This document shows positions 24,889 to 53,598 of a stretch of DNA of 64,000 bases, one piece after another. Numbering within the stretch: the first letter of the stretch is position 1; each line of letters begins with the position of its first letter. Origin of the DNA: Lingula anatina (lineage: Eukaryota > Animalia > Brachiopoda); contig CM120645.1 in NCBI GenBank assembly GCA_051362555.1, forward strand, positions 10,602,001 through 10,666,000, given 5' to 3'. A model generated the notes under the pieces. That model made no database searches. It was given only the letters and a program-made list of their open reading frames with translations, and was not told the DNA's origin. Made by a program: the position numbers and the translations under genes.

Positions 24889-27800
24889 CGTCTATCTCAC
24901 TTGTTGACAGTGGCGCTACAAACTACAAATGCGGCCGCAAGCGTGTTGTGGCAGATGCTAGCTAAAAAACATTCACACGCATGATGGTGGTGACTGTGAC
25001 GTGTTATATGGCCTCTACGTTGATGCCATCGCGTCTTTTTCTTAAGCAAGATGTTTAACGAACAGACACATACCGTACTACCTAAATATAGGCTTAGTAG
25101 CTACGTGAGAGTCGTCAAAAAACGCACGACACTCCTGTGGCCTCTCGACCTTCTAGGAATAGCTGAGAACCTGATACACAGCTAATACGTTAATGAATTA
25201 TACCACAAGCAAAGTGCACTTTCTTGTCACGCTTTCATAAACTGTTTTGTTTATTTCCGCTATAATTGACTTTTATGGTTGGTCTCATAACCTCTCAGAA
25301 CAGCAATGGTCGCATTTTCAATCGCGTTGTGACAGGGTAAATAAGGACGTGCATTTCCAGCAGGCCGTATAAACACTTCGTCACTTCAAGGTAACTGCCG
25401 ATGTAAAGAAAATGAGCGTCCGTGAAACAGAGTCCCCGCCCCTCCTTATGTTTCGTACAGGTTAAGGTTATTCTGACGAAAGTGGGTCAAAATCTTGAAC
25501 TGGATTTACCTTTGGATTATTCAAATCAACGGATACCGTATCACTCGTATCTTAGGGGACTCTAGATGACAACGGATGTCACGTGGTATTACATTCCCTA
25601 TGATTAGAAATAGTAATCAACCGTACTGCTGATGGAATGCTTACCAAATAGCGTCGTCTTCACTTAACTGGAAACGTGGCCATTAGATCTATAGATAACC
25701 GTAGGTGGGTTGCTGTTGCTTTTCATAATTTCCATATGCATTAGTAGGCTTAACGCACTATGCAATCTAACATGTATTTTGACGTGAGTGGTTAGCTTGA
25801 AAAATTGACCACCTCGTGACACGGTGCACGGAACGCTGCACGTGACGTATGTCTATAACCACATGACACCAAAGTGTGATATGGAACGTGCATACCCGCG
25901 CATGCACTGTAAGTGGGTTGCTTCTAAAAGTTATTTAATATGTTCAATTCCTTAACTTTACTCAGTTTCTTCTTAATACAACCAAAGCAACTGACCTTTA
26001 AGAATAAAAAAATGCGTTCTTGTCATAAGACATATCTTTGTGTATCGCTATGGAGATTTTGTAAAGAATAGTATACCCCGGTACAGTGTACATGCATTTG
26101 ACTCTGGTGACTGTAACAAACACCTTGTATATGACAACATTTAAAGGGGGCGGGTCTAGTAGGAACACAGGGTGAGCTGACCAGTCGTCTTTTTTATATA
26201 AAAGTGCTTGGCTCAGCTGACTAGCCCCGGTCCATCCTATCCATTGGCAACGTTTATTTAACGTATACCTTTCTTTATTCAATTTAAAGACTCCATTTAT
26301 CTTAGTGCACGCCTAATGGTGTTTCTGGGCCCGTATTATAAGTGACCTCAATAATATTGAAGAACGCACGCAAAAGCGCAGAGCAGAGTATCGATACTAG
26401 CAGAAGTGATGATGATGATTAGGGTTGGATCCTTCAAAGAATTTAAGTCGGAAGACTAAAATATTTAGCTAGCCTACTTAAATTTGGTCCCATATCAAGT
26501 AGTCCTCAAAAATAAAATGCCATTGAACGCTCTTACTTTCTGTTAAGTAGGACCCAAATCCTAGCTGTAAAGTAGGCTATATGGCATCATGTAAGACGAT
26601 TTCTACTGATTTATCTTTGGTCAAAACAGTAATGTTTCCAGTGTATGTGATAGAAAACAACTTACAAACGCAAGTTATTTGGCGACACCGGCCCTTGTCT
26701 CCAACGGAGGAATGAATATTCCATGGCCAGTAATGGAAGAGAAAATGTCGCACCTTTTTGGGGCTACAAATCTTTCGGCTACAGTTGTTCGGAACGTCCC
26801 TTTGGTTAACCAATATTTTGGTCACTGCCTCTTTGCAATCCCACAAATTAAAATATGTGAACTATTTATTAGAAAAGTATATATTAATGCATTTTTCTTT
26901 TCAGGCCTAAGCATAAGGTAAATGTTGTTACTCAACATTATTCAGTGTTAACTACTAAATTATACCCTCTACCAGGGCCACAGATCACTAGATATTAACA
27001 GATATCTGTATATATGTGACTAATGTTTGTATTGTGACCCTGTGCTCACATCTCAACTATGATTACATGGCTGCTAATTATTTGAATAACTTCCTTTTAC
27101 TAATACTTTCGAGCGTTTTAGTCGTATACCTGTAGATCGCAGACTCAAATGTTTTTGTGGCGTTGAACTTCTTATGGACAGAGAAGCCATAAATGACGGC
27201 AATTCCAGATATCCATTTTGTTTACCATGAGGTTTCGCGAAGCCTATCACGGTCTCAGAACCATCCAACCTTCCAGTAAAACGGTAACAGAAACAAAATC
27301 TAATTTCCTTCTACTAATTGTGACTGGAATTCCCTCTTTTGTGATTAGGAAACCAGCTAGGCTTCATTCCATGATCAATTACGGATATTGCCTATTGTTT
27401 TTTCTCTCTCTTTCTCTCAAGCTCTCTGAAAAAGCTAGTCGCGTGTTTCACCAACTGGCAAATTCAGTGTTGCTAATGATTATGAAGATGTTTGTATTGG
27501 GTAATGAAATTAAGCTACAATGACATTTGCAGGTACTCTGTCTTATTCTGCCTTAATGAAAGAATGAATAGGACAAATGATAAAATTTTCAGCATTTTTT
27601 TTTTTTTTTTTTTTGTGCGTATTACATTTCAGAAGAAATGATCTTCTTCTATCATAAATCCACATAGCCCTGGTCTTTCAATTCATACACAACACTGCAG
27701 CTATAAGCTAGTTTTCACTCCTAGATTCTGGAAACTTTGCATTAACTGTTCAAAAATAGGTCAACCCTGTTATCCCAATGGCACTGTCACATTACATCCA

Positions 27801-30800
27801 TGACATTATATCTGTTACATGATAATCCATCAATTTATCTGTCACGTAACAATTATTTAATCTCACAGAAAACAATTAGGCTTTGGCCACACGTATCTTC
27901 CCCCTTGTTTAATTGCTGGAACTTCATTTTCACTTTTTACTCATACTACTTAGCCGCATCCATCGGCACTTCACATTGGAAGGCACATATGTCAAATCTG
28001 AATTAAAAAAAAAGAGTGCCACCTTGGTCTTCGTTTTGTATTCGCGGCATTTATCAATTATCTTGAACGTTCCTGCCAGTGTATTTTAAGGCATCTCCCA
28101 CATACATGCTGCGGATGACCGCAACACACGCCGTCTGTGGTTCTATCGAAATGCTCATCAGACTACCAGTAAATTGCTCCTAATTTATCTCACCGTTAAT
28201 GGCACGAATACGTCTTTACAATACTTTTGACAGATTGTGGACCCTAGTGTAAATATCATCATAGAAATCACAAACAGGTCCATTGCCTTGTCTATTCAAT
28301 GGTTAGTCACTCCTCAAAAAAGAAAGAAAAGACCAGAAGAAAAGAAAAGCAATATGGAAGGTGTTAGGCCGTGATCATGTATCAATACAATTAAAACAAT
28401 TGGGTTGAAAGGGTGCGACAACCAGACAAAAATAAATCGCTTTTTGCTTTCAATCATTAGCCATAAACACTCTAAATGATGGATACACGTACAAAATGGA
28501 TGCTGGGGGACGTCGACTGTAAGCTGGATCTTCCTTTGAGTTGATGGAAGGCTAGGATCCAACAAAACCCTGCCTACAGGCCTAGCAAGAGGCGAAACCC
28601 GTGCGGCACAGTATACATAAAATTCAGTACAAGGATTTGACGACATGCCCACAAACCTTCACAAGCAATGCGCACGAATGCAAACAATTCTGAAACAATT
28701 CACTATAGGACGTGATCGAGAGAAAGCACATTCATGAGATACAGAGATAAACCCCGCTTAATCATATCTTAATACTGAACAAAGCGTTCAATTGATTGCC
28801 ATTTCTCACAAAAGAATTCATTATCATCCTATAATGTCTGCGGATAATTACCGTACCGATAAGCCCCACCTTTTTCATCATCTGACTGAATGCGAAACGA
28901 GTGTGAAATTGTTCAGATACGTGGAAAAGCACTTTTTTGTTGCCATCTAACGTACAATTGACGACATATCACGAATGCTGCCTTCAGAGTTAGTTGTTCA
29001 TTATAAAATGTATAATTATAAAACAAATATATCATAGGATTCTAACTCTGAACGGTGCTCATTTCCCATAACTATATGTTTGACCTACGTCCCTAGTGCA
29101 AAATACAAAGATAAGAGGGCACGAAGCGTTGCTTCTTCAGAAAAAAATGTCGGATTTTTTGAAGGAGTTCATCATTCTAAGGTTAAATAGCTTATCACTA
29201 ACTCTCGGGTACACGAAATCAACGTTGGTTAGCCGTCGCAGCCACTGCGAAGTCCTCTAGATTTAGCTTAGATTTATCATTACTTTTGGAATGGAATTTG
29301 GCCACAAGTCCCATGAGGGGATTCTGTAAACTGACTCCTAAGGATCTTGCAGTCGGCTTCATAATCGGCATTAGTATTATTGTTATTATTTATTTATTTA
29401 TTTTTTTTTGGGGGGGGGGGCTGTGGATCCAAGAAGATATTGGCATTGCTATTATGAATTGGCACGATATTTTACCAGTCAAAACATGGTCTTTAAGCCC
29501 GTACATCACAGTTGCTCTGACCAAAGAATAACATTCCAAAGTACAGCAGTCCACATACTGTCATTTAAGGCCGTTGGCCCGGTTTTAAAATTACTGATGT
29601 TTAAGATCCAAATTTACTGATCATTTCAGTGGACTACCAGACATATACACAACTGGGCCATGGTAGATACCCGGTCTACTTTCAACTGAAGTTCTCTTAG
29701 AGAACCGGTGACATCTGAGTCTTCTATCATACAGGTTCCGGCCCCCATTGATTTGCATAGGTAATTCTTGTCCTGGAGTTTGATCAGCTTACGTCACGAT
29801 AACCCAAACCTGTATCAATCTAATGGAGGGCGGACACGCTTACACTGAACATCAATTCACTTGCATGAGCTCCTGAACTTTCGAACGTCTTCAAAGCAGG
29901 GCCCACAAATATGATTTTAGTCAAAGTAATAAAGTTCGAAATAATAGCATCATATACGTGTTCTATATCTAATTATTAAACAATATCATAAATCATAGAA
30001 AATCGGTCAGTTTATTTAACTTTTGGTTACAAAAAAAAAAAAATCAACACATTGGCACTGTTCTACAACAACAGAATCACAGACAAATACAAGTCACTTA
30101 CTCAAGGACTGATTACCGTGTAATTAACAAACAAATACTGAAAATCAAGTACACTTGTACACGAGTAGGATATAGGAAATAACTACAGCTACTTACAATG
30201 TACATATTAACTAGTATTTCGCAGTGATGTAAAAATCATATGGGTGCCCTTTTCGTTATACTGGTCCCGTCAATCTCTTAATATTTCATACAAAATTCAA
30301 TAAATTTCCTCTATATTTCCACTTAACATGAGGAGATCTTGGATATCTTTTCTTATCTCTATTACTGCAAAGTCTCCATAACAACAATAATTAAGTACAC
30401 AAGGCGATGGCAGACGCAGCGCCCCCCCCCCCCCCCCTTCAAACCATTCCCATTTCCGTAACAAAATGGCGAATTCGACACGATACTTTTTTTACAAAGG
30501 GGGGGGAGGGGGGGAGCTGAACCAAGATCTACCTAAGTCCTCAAGGTCGCCCCATAGTACACCAAATAACACCTAAATATGTTTAATGGATAAGTCAGTC
30601 AGTCGTGTGATAAGGAAATTACCATTCCTAAAGCTAGATCAATTAACGTGTCGATGAAGAGGTTTGTGGTATGTCCAAAATCTACCCAAGATATCATATA
30701 TTTGTCACATTTCATTTGCTGTCTAATTACCTCAGCTACGGGAAATTGACTTTTTGACTTATTGCACTCATATACCATTGACAGCTTCGTTTAACTTTAC

Positions 30801-31490
30801 AGTTGTCGAAGTATGAAATTATGATGTAAAATTACACAATGTTCGTGTGTAATCGTTTCTCAAATTGCACGCGTACCGTGGGTAGTATTCAAAAGTACGG
30901 GGATGGGATTTCTACAGAAGAAAATTATGACAAGGTGAAACCTCTGGACACTCCCTAAGAACATTCACCTTGTTTTTGATTCATATCCCTAACAATGTTA
31001 CCTTCAGTCGCCATATGTATTCAAATAAGAGTAAACAAACACGCTGCCATCGTCATTATAAAGATTACTGTCAGGGTTTTGGGGTTTCTGCGTAACGCTC
31101 AACAATAACAAAAAGTGCCTCTTGAACATTTTGACCCATTGGTCTAATATATAAGGACTGCAAATCTGACATAACTCCATTTTAAAACATAGTGTAGTAT
31201 ACACAATTTTTCATTTCGATTACGGTTTATAAATCTTAGACTTCTTTTTAACATTGAAAAAAGTTGAGAAAAGTTCCTCATACTGGCAGTTTATATACAA
31301 ACGCCAATATCTGCCATACAGTTTTATAATTGTTTTGATAAACAAGTCCCAGACTCAAATTTCTGCGCAGAATCTTGTCCTAGCTTGCGACCTCTCGCGG
31401 ACGAATGACCACCAGGATATCGTCTGCTTAAAAAAAATCTGAGCGACAGAAGAGTAAACCCCACCCCTCCCCCTCCCCACATCTTGTGGA

Positions 31491-46512
<15,022 letters not shown>

Positions 46513-47039
46513 TTGGAAAACTCTATCACTGTCCCGCCTCTCCGTTTGCAATCTACATCACGTGCGCAGCCGGAAATAAAGTCTCTAAAACGACCCCGTT
46601 GCATTATGGGAGACAAAAGACGATCGATGTCTCCAAGCGTGACAAACGTCAAATTACTCTGTCGCAGACTTTTCACTTTATGTTCACATATGTGCCTCTG
46701 GCTAGTTCTATACATTTTTGTACTGTATGTATGTATGTATGGGATTGTCATCGCTAAGCTACCCTCTAAAATCTTCCTTCTTTTGAATTAATAGTTTTTA
46801 ATTAAAATAGTAATTAGTTTATTTCACTGTAACATATGCATCCACTTGTGTGGATGAAAATGACAATATGAATACAATTTTTGTGAATATGCTATTAAAC
46901 AATCACAATGAGTAAGACTATTTACTTATTAACTAAAAAAAAAACTATTAGGCCTACTATTTCTCAATTGCCGATGAGTGCAGCACTGTCTTCTAGATCC
47001 CCCCTAGCAAAAGCGGAGGAGAGTAACTGAGCTAGTGCA

Positions 47040-48390
47040 ATAAGGGTTTCTTGTTCTTGACATTTCATAATTATAGTAAATTTTTCATCAGTTGTTTTTA
47101 GGCCAAAGTGTGTATAGTGTTTTGTAAATACCTTATATAATATTGTTTGCAGGTCGTTGTATAGGGGGCATGTTGTGAGAAAGTGTTTTTCATCTTCAAT
47201 TTGTTTAGAACAGTAATGGCATATTCTGTCGGTCCGAGGAATGTTAGTGCCTATCTGCCTGTTTCAATGTGAAGTTTATGCCCACTGGTGCGAAAACGGC
47301 TTAGGTTTTTTTGTATTATCAGTATCATGGAGAAGGTCTAGATATTTTTCTTTTTTAAATGTATTTTTAAATTGGCAATATAGGCCTACTCTGGATTTGG
47401 CTTTGTCCTCAAGCTCACTGTGCCAGTTTTGTATGTAGGCCTACCCACTGATGATGCGTTCTCTGAATATACTTAGGAAGTTTATGTTAGGATCCTGTTT
47501 TAGCCATAGGCCTACATCTCCAAATCCGTTTTCAAACAAGAGTTTCATAATACCTTCACTCCATGAGAGGTTATCATCATTCAGATTTGACAGGCTTTTT
47601 GTTGAGAGCAAATTGTAATAATGTAATTCATCTAGGTATGCTTGTTTGAGTAGGTTGTTTTGAGCCAAAATTTCATTAATTGTATGTTAATTTTTATGTA
47701 AACAGGAATTCTTCAAGTCTCTCCTCTTACTGGGTGGTTTGAAGTTTTTGGGTGAACACCTAAAATTTGTTTACAAAAACTGAGATTTAGCTTTTCCGAT
47801 GGAGATCTGTCTGTGAGAGGGGTTTATCCCCAGACCTCTGATCCGTACGTTGCAATTGGCATTATGATTGTATCGAATATTTTTTTCCTTGAGGGATGAT
47901 TTAATAAGGCTGGTTAGAGGGAAGTAACTTTTTAGTGCAAAAAAGGCTTTTTGTGCTTTTTCTTTAAATCTTGTTTGAGCTGCAGTGAATTTGCCGGATC
48001 TAGTGAAAAGAATTCCTAGGTAGTTGCAACTAGACGAGATAGTGAGTAGTTTACCGCCAATGTTAAATTTATGTTTGCTTTGAGTGGTGCCGTCTGTGAT
48101 TTTTCCCTTGCTGTTGAAAATGACAACTTGGGTTTTTTATGTTTATCGAAAGTCTCCATAGTATACAACAAATTTTTAGACAATCCATAGGGGCGGATCT
48201 AGAATTTTTTTCTGACAGTCTTCCAAATCATCTTTGTTTATCCATCCTCCATTTCTGACCGTCTTCCAACAGCTAGAGTAAAATTAGATACCCGTCCGTG
48301 TAAATGTGAAAATCTGACCGTCTTCCGGAAGACCCAGAAGACGCCCTAAATCCGCCCCTGATCCAGGCTATATTGGAGACCTAATGGGCT
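47040..48390 (-). mobile_element. Decayed non-LTR retrotransposon (LINE) ORF2 3' fragment
   Basis: Minus-strand translation with stops/frameshifts gives RT C-terminal motifs SPLGLQYSLD..W.L.IN.K.TQVVIF and CNYLGILF, and a terminal RICHYC..IEDEKHFLTTCPLY cysteine motif typical of CR1/L2-group LINEs. Interrupted by a MITE at 48188-48360. Confidence 0.8.
48188..48360. mobile_element. MITE (same family as 42801-42961, opposite orientation), 5-bp TSD ATCCA, inserted in the LINE remnant
   Basis: TIRs TAGGGGCGGAT...ATCCGCCCCTG; ATCCA on both flanks; shared internal GACCGTCTTCCGGAAGACCCAGAAGAC. Confidence 0.9.
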
Positions 48391-48515
48391 TTTTTAATTA
48401 AAATATTTCTCGTTTTTGGCGTTCATCTCTGTGCCCTGAGGTAGATATCTGGGATTTTTTTTTTTCATATTTTTCCTTGTTTAAATCTATTTTAGCTTTT
48501 ATTTTATCTATTCAT

Positions 48516-48546
<31 letters not shown>

Positions 48547-48945
48547 TTTTCTGCACTGGATATTATTACCGATAGGCCTATATTTTAAAAAGATTTGGTA
48601 TTTTTATCCAATTAAGTTATATTTATACGTTCGGGCTGGGGTTATTTATAAAATAAATGCTGTTTTATTTGAAAGGTCTAAATGCAACGTTTATTAGTCA
48701 TTTTACCCTAATCATACCACATTTCCTGCAACATATTCTACCGGATGTAGGCCTACAGTACATTAGGCCTGCTTATTGCCCACGTCCCCTGTGTCGCCCC
48801 CTAAGCAGCCTAGTTCCCCTAGGTCTTCGCCTAATTTGACAAATGTCACCCTCTTTGGTTACAAAGATGTTGCAGCTTTTCTTGATGTTCAACCTGTAGG
48901 TCATAATCACTTTCACTCCCTATGCTTCGAATATGTGGTCCTCTT

Positions 48946-49187
48946 CAGTGGCGGGTTTAGGGTGGTGGTGGTTAGGGGTAGTCCTGACACCCCCCCCCCC
49001 CCCCCCCCATTCGATTTTCGAAAAAAAATCACTGCACCAATGGCCCCTATTGAAATTAGAATTTTGACAAGGTTAATCAAATGTCACCGCCTCTCTTCTA
49101 AAATAACAAAATTTGAGGGGGGGGGGGGGGGGGGGCGCACGCCAAGGACCCTTCCCCCCTCTTCAAATAATCCTGGATCCGCCCCTG
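48946..49187. mobile_element. MITE, CAGTGGCGG/TCCGCCCCTG termini, 5-bp TSD CTCTT
   Basis: Imperfect TIRs, internal poly-C and poly-G runs, CTCTT on both flanks. Confidence 0.82.
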
Positions 49188-49530
49188 CTCTTCTTCGTGT
49201 AGATCAGTCTCATCTGTGTACCTCTTTCGACCTTAGATATTTCTTAAATATTTCTTTGCTCGCCTCCTGGCGTTGAGTAAAATTCAGAAAAGTGCGTTAA
49301 TTGGAGACAAGAGGAGGCATTTTAATATGTTAAAATGATTGCATTCAGCTTGAGTCCCCGCGGAGTTGAATCCATAAATGTAGATCGATAGTTTCAATGG
49401 GAATGGGCCCTTTTAATAAACAGAGGTAGATATTATTAATGGAATGTATATAGAAAAGTGGTTGAAATTACTTGCCCACCACCTGAATTAAACACGAAAC
49501 TGTTTTTGTTTGAACTGCTCTAAATGCTAA

Positions 49531-49588
49531 GTGTATTATGTTATACAGGTGTGCTAACTGTGTATTATGTTATACAGGTGTGCTAACT
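49531..49588. repeat. 29-bp direct tandem duplication
   Basis: GTGTATTATGTTATACAGGTGTGCTAACT x2. Confidence 0.9.
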
Positions 49589-50129
49589 AATTAGAGTTTC
49601 AATATTTCCACGCTGCATATACTAGTAGGAGAGGGAGTAGCCGTCTTATTAAGTTTATTCAGGATGCATTATCCAGCTGTCCTGTATTGATACTTTGTAA
49701 AGCTGAAACAATGTGCGATCATCGCACTATTTGTTCAGGCGTTTGACCAAGTTGGTTTAAATTACCGAAAAGTGCTTTTTTAAAACAACTAGTGCCAAAC
49801 ATAAACGTATGCCCTTTTGTACTCGAGAGTCTTATAATACCTCGACTTAAATGTGAGAAAACTCGTGCGTCCCTTTTATCAAGCGGGACGGGATTTAAGC
49901 GTGTCGAGAAATACCAACGGCTGGATAGGAGTGAAAACATTTTCTTTCTTTTGGAAATAGACAAAGTTCACATGCCTTAATTCAATATTTTCACTTTGAA
50001 CGGTGTTCACCACAGCGTGTGATACAAGCACTGGAGGCACAAACAGTTTCATAGCCAATTTGGAAGACTTCTGACTACATATTATAAAAGCCATCATCCC
50101 GAATATATATTTTGTTCTAAGTTTACGTG

Positions 50130-52308
50130 ATGGCTCCCAGAATTACATTCATTATACGCGGATGCTTGTTAACAGTTGTAGCCGTCTGTGCTATTGTAGT
50201 GGCCTTTTTTACCTTCAGCAGTGCCGTCAATGCCGGTTTAAGTCTAAACATGGACCAGGGCGTGGGCGCCTCATTGAGAGGGCTCATGGCGCGAAGAAAT
50301 AAAGAAGATTTTGAAAGATCGATACCCGATGATCAACAGGGAGATATCGAAGATACCTGGAACGATTCAGGATCTGAAACAGTCTCTAAAAACTCCTATG
50401 AGGACAATAACAGCTTCGATGTTGGTTTTGAAGCTTTTCTCGGAGGCCTCCCCGATGATAAAAACACCGATGAGGGTCCACTTAAAACCGAGTCGGACGC
50501 TCCTAGTCAAAGTAATCTGCAAAAGGAACAAGCGTCCACAGAGTTAATCATTTCCACAACTGAAAACCGCGAAACTACCACCAATTCTCAAACCAAGGAG
50601 GCAACGGTTTTTACGACTTCCGAAACTCCACCTGAGCAGGCGCCTGAGAACGAACTAGTGAAAACTGTGACTGCCAACTCTGTGCGTCTTCTATCGTCCA
50701 CCGTGCCCACAGCTGCTTCATTGAGGATAAGGTAAATGGTGTTTTAATACTAGTGTCCACTTCACACTTTTCATTTACATATTCTGACAAGAAAGAGATG
50801 ATTCGTTAATTTTTCGACATACAAAACATATGTGTTGGCATGTGCATTGTGCTGTGTTATAATTTCTGTCCATAAAATTCTGATGCTTACACTAATTTTT
50901 TCTTCTTTTTTTACAATCCATATAGTTTTTTCAATAATATACTGCACATAGAGGTAAAAACGGTAATTACATAAATTGTGACTTTCGTTTCCGTGTAGCT
51001 TTTTAACAGTCACCCTAGTGATGGGTTTTGTTCAAGTAGTTTCTCAATTTAATAGTGCATGAAATGAAAGCTAACCCTCTTAAAGTATCACTCGATTTTT
51101 CCCACTTATATCTTTCTAGCAGTACCTCCTCCCCGCCCACCCCAGTGTTGAAACACCATCGCACATGCAAGCCAAATAAACACGTGATGTTTCTGAAAAC
51201 ACACAAGACGGGGTCAACCACGGTTTCCAATATTATTTTGAGGTTTGCTTATGCAAATGATCTTCATGTTGCCCTCCCAGCCGTCGATGACACAGCCTTG
51301 CATTCGTGTGATGGTGACCACAAAGTCATCGAGAATATGAAACTACGACTTCACGCAAACATACCCGGATGTTTCTTGTGGGATCATCATGACAACAGGG
51401 TGAAGTATGACGTCATCGCGCACCACTGGAGATATGATAGGAAAATAGCACGTGCGTCTATGCCAGATGATGCTTTTTATGTAACGATTATACGAGAACC
51501 ATTTTCGAGGTTCAAATCCTCTTTTAGTTACGGTGACTACGCCAGAAAATTGAACATTCAAACAAGTTCTGACCCCATGATGCTGTTTTTACGTAGTGTG
51601 TTGAATGAGAAGAGTGCTACACAGAGAATAGATAAAACTGCTCTACGCAGCATCGCAAATAAGTTAAGAAACAATATGATGCGAGATCTAGGGTTTAAGC
51701 TGCACGCGGAAGACAACATTACTTCTGGGATAGACTACATCAAAACACTTGACTCTGATTTTAACTTGGTTTTGCTTACCGAAGAGATAAACGCCGGCAT
51801 GGTCCTGTTGCGTCGGCGACTGTGCTGGGATTTAAAGGATATAATATATTTAAAAATGAACGCCCAAACGACTTACAAATCCCCAATTCGTGAAAAAACC
51901 CTGGACGATCTTGCTAAGCTCCATGCAACTTGGGGTACCCTAGATTATCAGCTCTATCAGCACTTTCGTGCTAAGTTTGAAGCAGAGAAAAAAAGACAAG
52001 ACAAAGATTTTTGGGCCGAACTTGCGTACTATGAAAAACTCTTGCTACAAATAAGAGATTATTGTAATGTAAAACTGAATGGGACCGACAGCGCTGATTT
52101 CATGGTTTTCCTGGTCCGTCCTAATAATTGGACAAGTGGTTTCAATATGACTGCGAAAGATTGCGCCAACATGCGGTTATTTTCGCATCATTTTTCAGTG
52201 CTGCTTAAAGAACGATATTACAACAAGGTTGCACGTTTGGGGACGGGCATCTTTAGAATTTATAATGCAATTAATAAGAAATTAGACCAAACAAAGATTA
52301 CTAAATAG
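50130..52308 (+). CDS. Galactose-3-O-sulfotransferase-like protein, copy 1 (2 exons, ~596 aa)
   Basis: Exons 50130-50731 (type II TM anchor + S/T/E-rich stem; AG|gtaaat, phase 2) and 51120-52308. 5'-PSB motif FLKTHKTGSTTV, 3'-PB motif TIIREPFSRFKSSFSY, plus LLRRRLCW and LDYQLYQHF. Confidence 0.92.
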
Positions 52309-52485
52309 CGATGATTACTAAATTGTGATGAGGTTTTTTTACATGTATCTAACAGGTTTATAAGGGGTGCCTTTACATTTATTCTTGATATTTTGTTAAG
52401 AGCATGCAAACACAACTTTACTGGGATTCAGGTATATTCAGGGACCACTGCCTCATAATTATGACATAAATAGATATTTTATATA

Positions 52486-52738
52486 GGGGCCATTCAGAAT
52501 GAGAAGAGCCGATTACTACATGTAGCTGGTCCACTGCCCAAATATGGCAGACCTACATGAAAGGGAGACCGCTTAATCCTGACCGCCTCTCACACGCCTC
52601 TCCACGCGTCGTCCACCGCCCGGTCGAATCAAGAAGTTAAAATGAGATATAATTACTTTGCCCCTGCAGGGACGATGCGTGGTGAGGTCTGAAAGAGGTA
52701 TCCTAACATCTCGGCTCTTCTCATTCTGAATGGCCGCC
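52486..52738. mobile_element. MITE with ~27-bp TIRs downstream of sulfotransferase copy 1
   Basis: GGGGCCATTCAGAATGAGAAGAGCCGA ... TCGGCTCTTCTCATTCTGAATGGCCGCC. Confidence 0.82.
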
Positions 52739-53416
52739 ATGTCTCCTGCACTCGAGGGTCTGGTCGGCTTCTTGCGTACATGCAATATTGTGATGGTGGG
52801 AAGTAATTCATAGGCCAATTATCCGTAATCCTAACCAGCCAATTTAAAAATAAGAAATAGTGGTTGAAAACTTTTTTTTTTCAATTTTATGCATGTATAA
52901 GTACAGCTAATGATTATATTTATTTGTTCGCTTTATTTGCTATGAATCAATCTTTGTTTGAGCCATCCTATATGCTGCGTTCATTATGATGCTATTATAT
53001 TGATAAAAATGTAAAGCTGAAGATATGGTCGACTTATTTACAACTGTCTCATGTGTTTTATCAAACTTGGTTAAACTGACATTTTTTTTTACAATAATTA
53101 GTGTTAAACAAAGCGTGTTTATTTAGTACTCAAGGGCTTCATTTCTGAACGTAAAATAGAGAAACTCCGTGTGTCGGCTTGAAGAAACACGGGCGTGCCG
53201 AAAATTATGAATAACTAGAAAAATGACTTGTAACAGAGACAAATTTATTGAATTGACACATTGAAGTTCTTAACTTTTTTCACTGTGCCACCCCACCATC
53301 TTCTCTAACAAGACACAGTGCACCATGCTTGTTCAGAGAAAATATGACACAGTGCTAAAACTTACCTCTGACCCCAGGCTGTGCTAGTCGTCATTAATAA
53401 AATTATTGTAGGGCCC

Positions 53417-53598
53417 TAGGCCCTTCGCCGGGAAGGGGGGGGGGTAGGGAGGTGTCGGGGGGTTCGAAAAAACGCCTTCCTGTCAGGAAAAGGTCCATTC
53501 TGGGTACATTTTGATCTAAGTACACAAATGTTTCAATATAAAAAAGTTCCCTTTTTCAGAAAAAGAACCCCCTTTTGAAATTGCTGGTTACGGGCCTG
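53417..53598. mobile_element. MITE, (C/T)AGGCCC termini, 5-bp TSD GGCCC
   Basis: TAGGCCCTTCGCC...GGTTACGGGCCTG; GGCCC on both flanks; duplicated at 58007-58172. Confidence 0.8.

Noticed and set aside
28140-28165. Possible hammerhead ribozyme core (minus-strand CTGATGAG)
   Set aside because: No GAAA with a pairing stem II at the proper spacing; the other CTGATGA hits I checked also lacked the core.
25000-31400. Short ORFs of 60-112 aa in the long intergenic region
   Set aside because: No domain motifs or consistent splice-phase chain; compatible with random ORFs, UTR and decayed repeats.
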